NCBI GenBank assembly: GCA_036504355.1
Contig: DASXVG010000134.1
Span: forward strand, 7,517 to 71,516
DNA from: Candidatus Limnocylindrales bacterium
GTDB taxonomy: Bacteria; Chloroflexota; Limnocylindria; Limnocylindrales; CSP1-4
Reading direction: 5' to 3'
Length of the DNA: 64,000 nt
Shown here: positions 63,757-64,000 of the stretch, in pieces
How positions within the stretch are numbered: position 1 is the stretch's first letter
Layout: every line of letters starts with the position of its first letter
Position numbers and translations under genes: made by a program
Notes under the pieces: generated by a model
Databases searched by the model: none
Seen by the model: the letters and a program-made list of their open reading frames with translations, nothing else
What the model was told of the DNA's origin: nothing

Positions 63757-64000
63757 CTTCAGGTATCGCCCGATTGCTCGCGGCCACAAGGTCGACGCCC
63801 AACACGCGCAACCGTCGCCGCGCCGGGTCCAATGAACGCCACTCCGGCCCCGTATGTCCGGCCGTTGGAGAGGCATCCAGGCAGTCCTGACACGATCTGC
63901 CTCGAAAGGAAACCGTCACCTCAATGCTCACTCGCGCCACCACGAATTCCGTGGCGTACCGCTCCAGCTCGATGCGCCGCATGCGGCGCCGGGCCGTCAA

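Noticed and set aside
63832-64000. Plus-strand ORFs starting at 63832 or 63925, and the N-terminal extension of the META gene frame to the window end.
   Set aside because: The 63832 frame has poor third-position G/C. The 63925 frame and the opposite-strand frame both look partly coding over only about 23 codons. The lipoprotein signal at 63577 marks the real META start. There is too little sequence to decide, so no CDS is called.

Overview
Very GC-rich chromosomal segment (roughly 70 percent or more by eye, not computed). Gene content looks like Actinomycetota: three F420/LLM-type oxidoreductases, a DUF3090/SCO1664 gene pair, TTGTCCAC-type DnaA boxes, and many GTG starts with 4-nt start/stop overlaps. 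I call about 63 protein-coding genes, one tRNA-Gln(CUG), one c-di-GMP-I (GEMM-I) riboswitch and one decayed S8 peptidase gene. I found no rRNA, CRISPR array, intact IS, integrase or prophage genes. Main functional blocks: (1) corA, two small Gly/His-rich genes, tRNA-Gln and glnS. (2) A LAL-type LuxR regulator, small secreted proteins, an NlpC/P60 hydrolase and an orphan multi-TM histidine kinase. (3) A GntR-controlled ABC importer with CE4 deacetylase, BadF-type kinase, GH4 6-phospho-glycosidase and an aldo-keto reductase. (4) PFOR with a DHOD-like partner. (5) tdk, NUDIX, lhgO, a glycogen-debranching-type enzyme, mscL, pxpABC and a class A PBP. (6) A NEW3/ABC-2 exporter set and a Moco oxidoreductase. 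(7) DUF3090/SCO1664, an AGPS-like flavoprotein and an FGGY kinase. The most interesting non-obvious signals are listed here. First, a near-textbook GEMM-I aptamer at about 19505-19600 whose only downstream cargo is a 31-codon hydrophobic micro-ORF, closed by a strong bidirectional hairpin. Second, a quasi-palindromic repeat family (TGGAAC/GTTCCA core plus shared CCCCCTGGATCG and GGTCCACC blocks) present at both outer borders of the roughly 8.7-kb sugar cluster. Third, five DnaA-box-like 9-mers within about 90 bp, far from any dnaA/dnaN. Fourth, a 164-bp MITE-like element with hairpin TIRs downstream of glnS. Fifth, several sub-60-codon ORFs that are below the ORF track's length cut-off. Many very long ORFs in the track are antisense shadow frames of real genes, and I rejected them.
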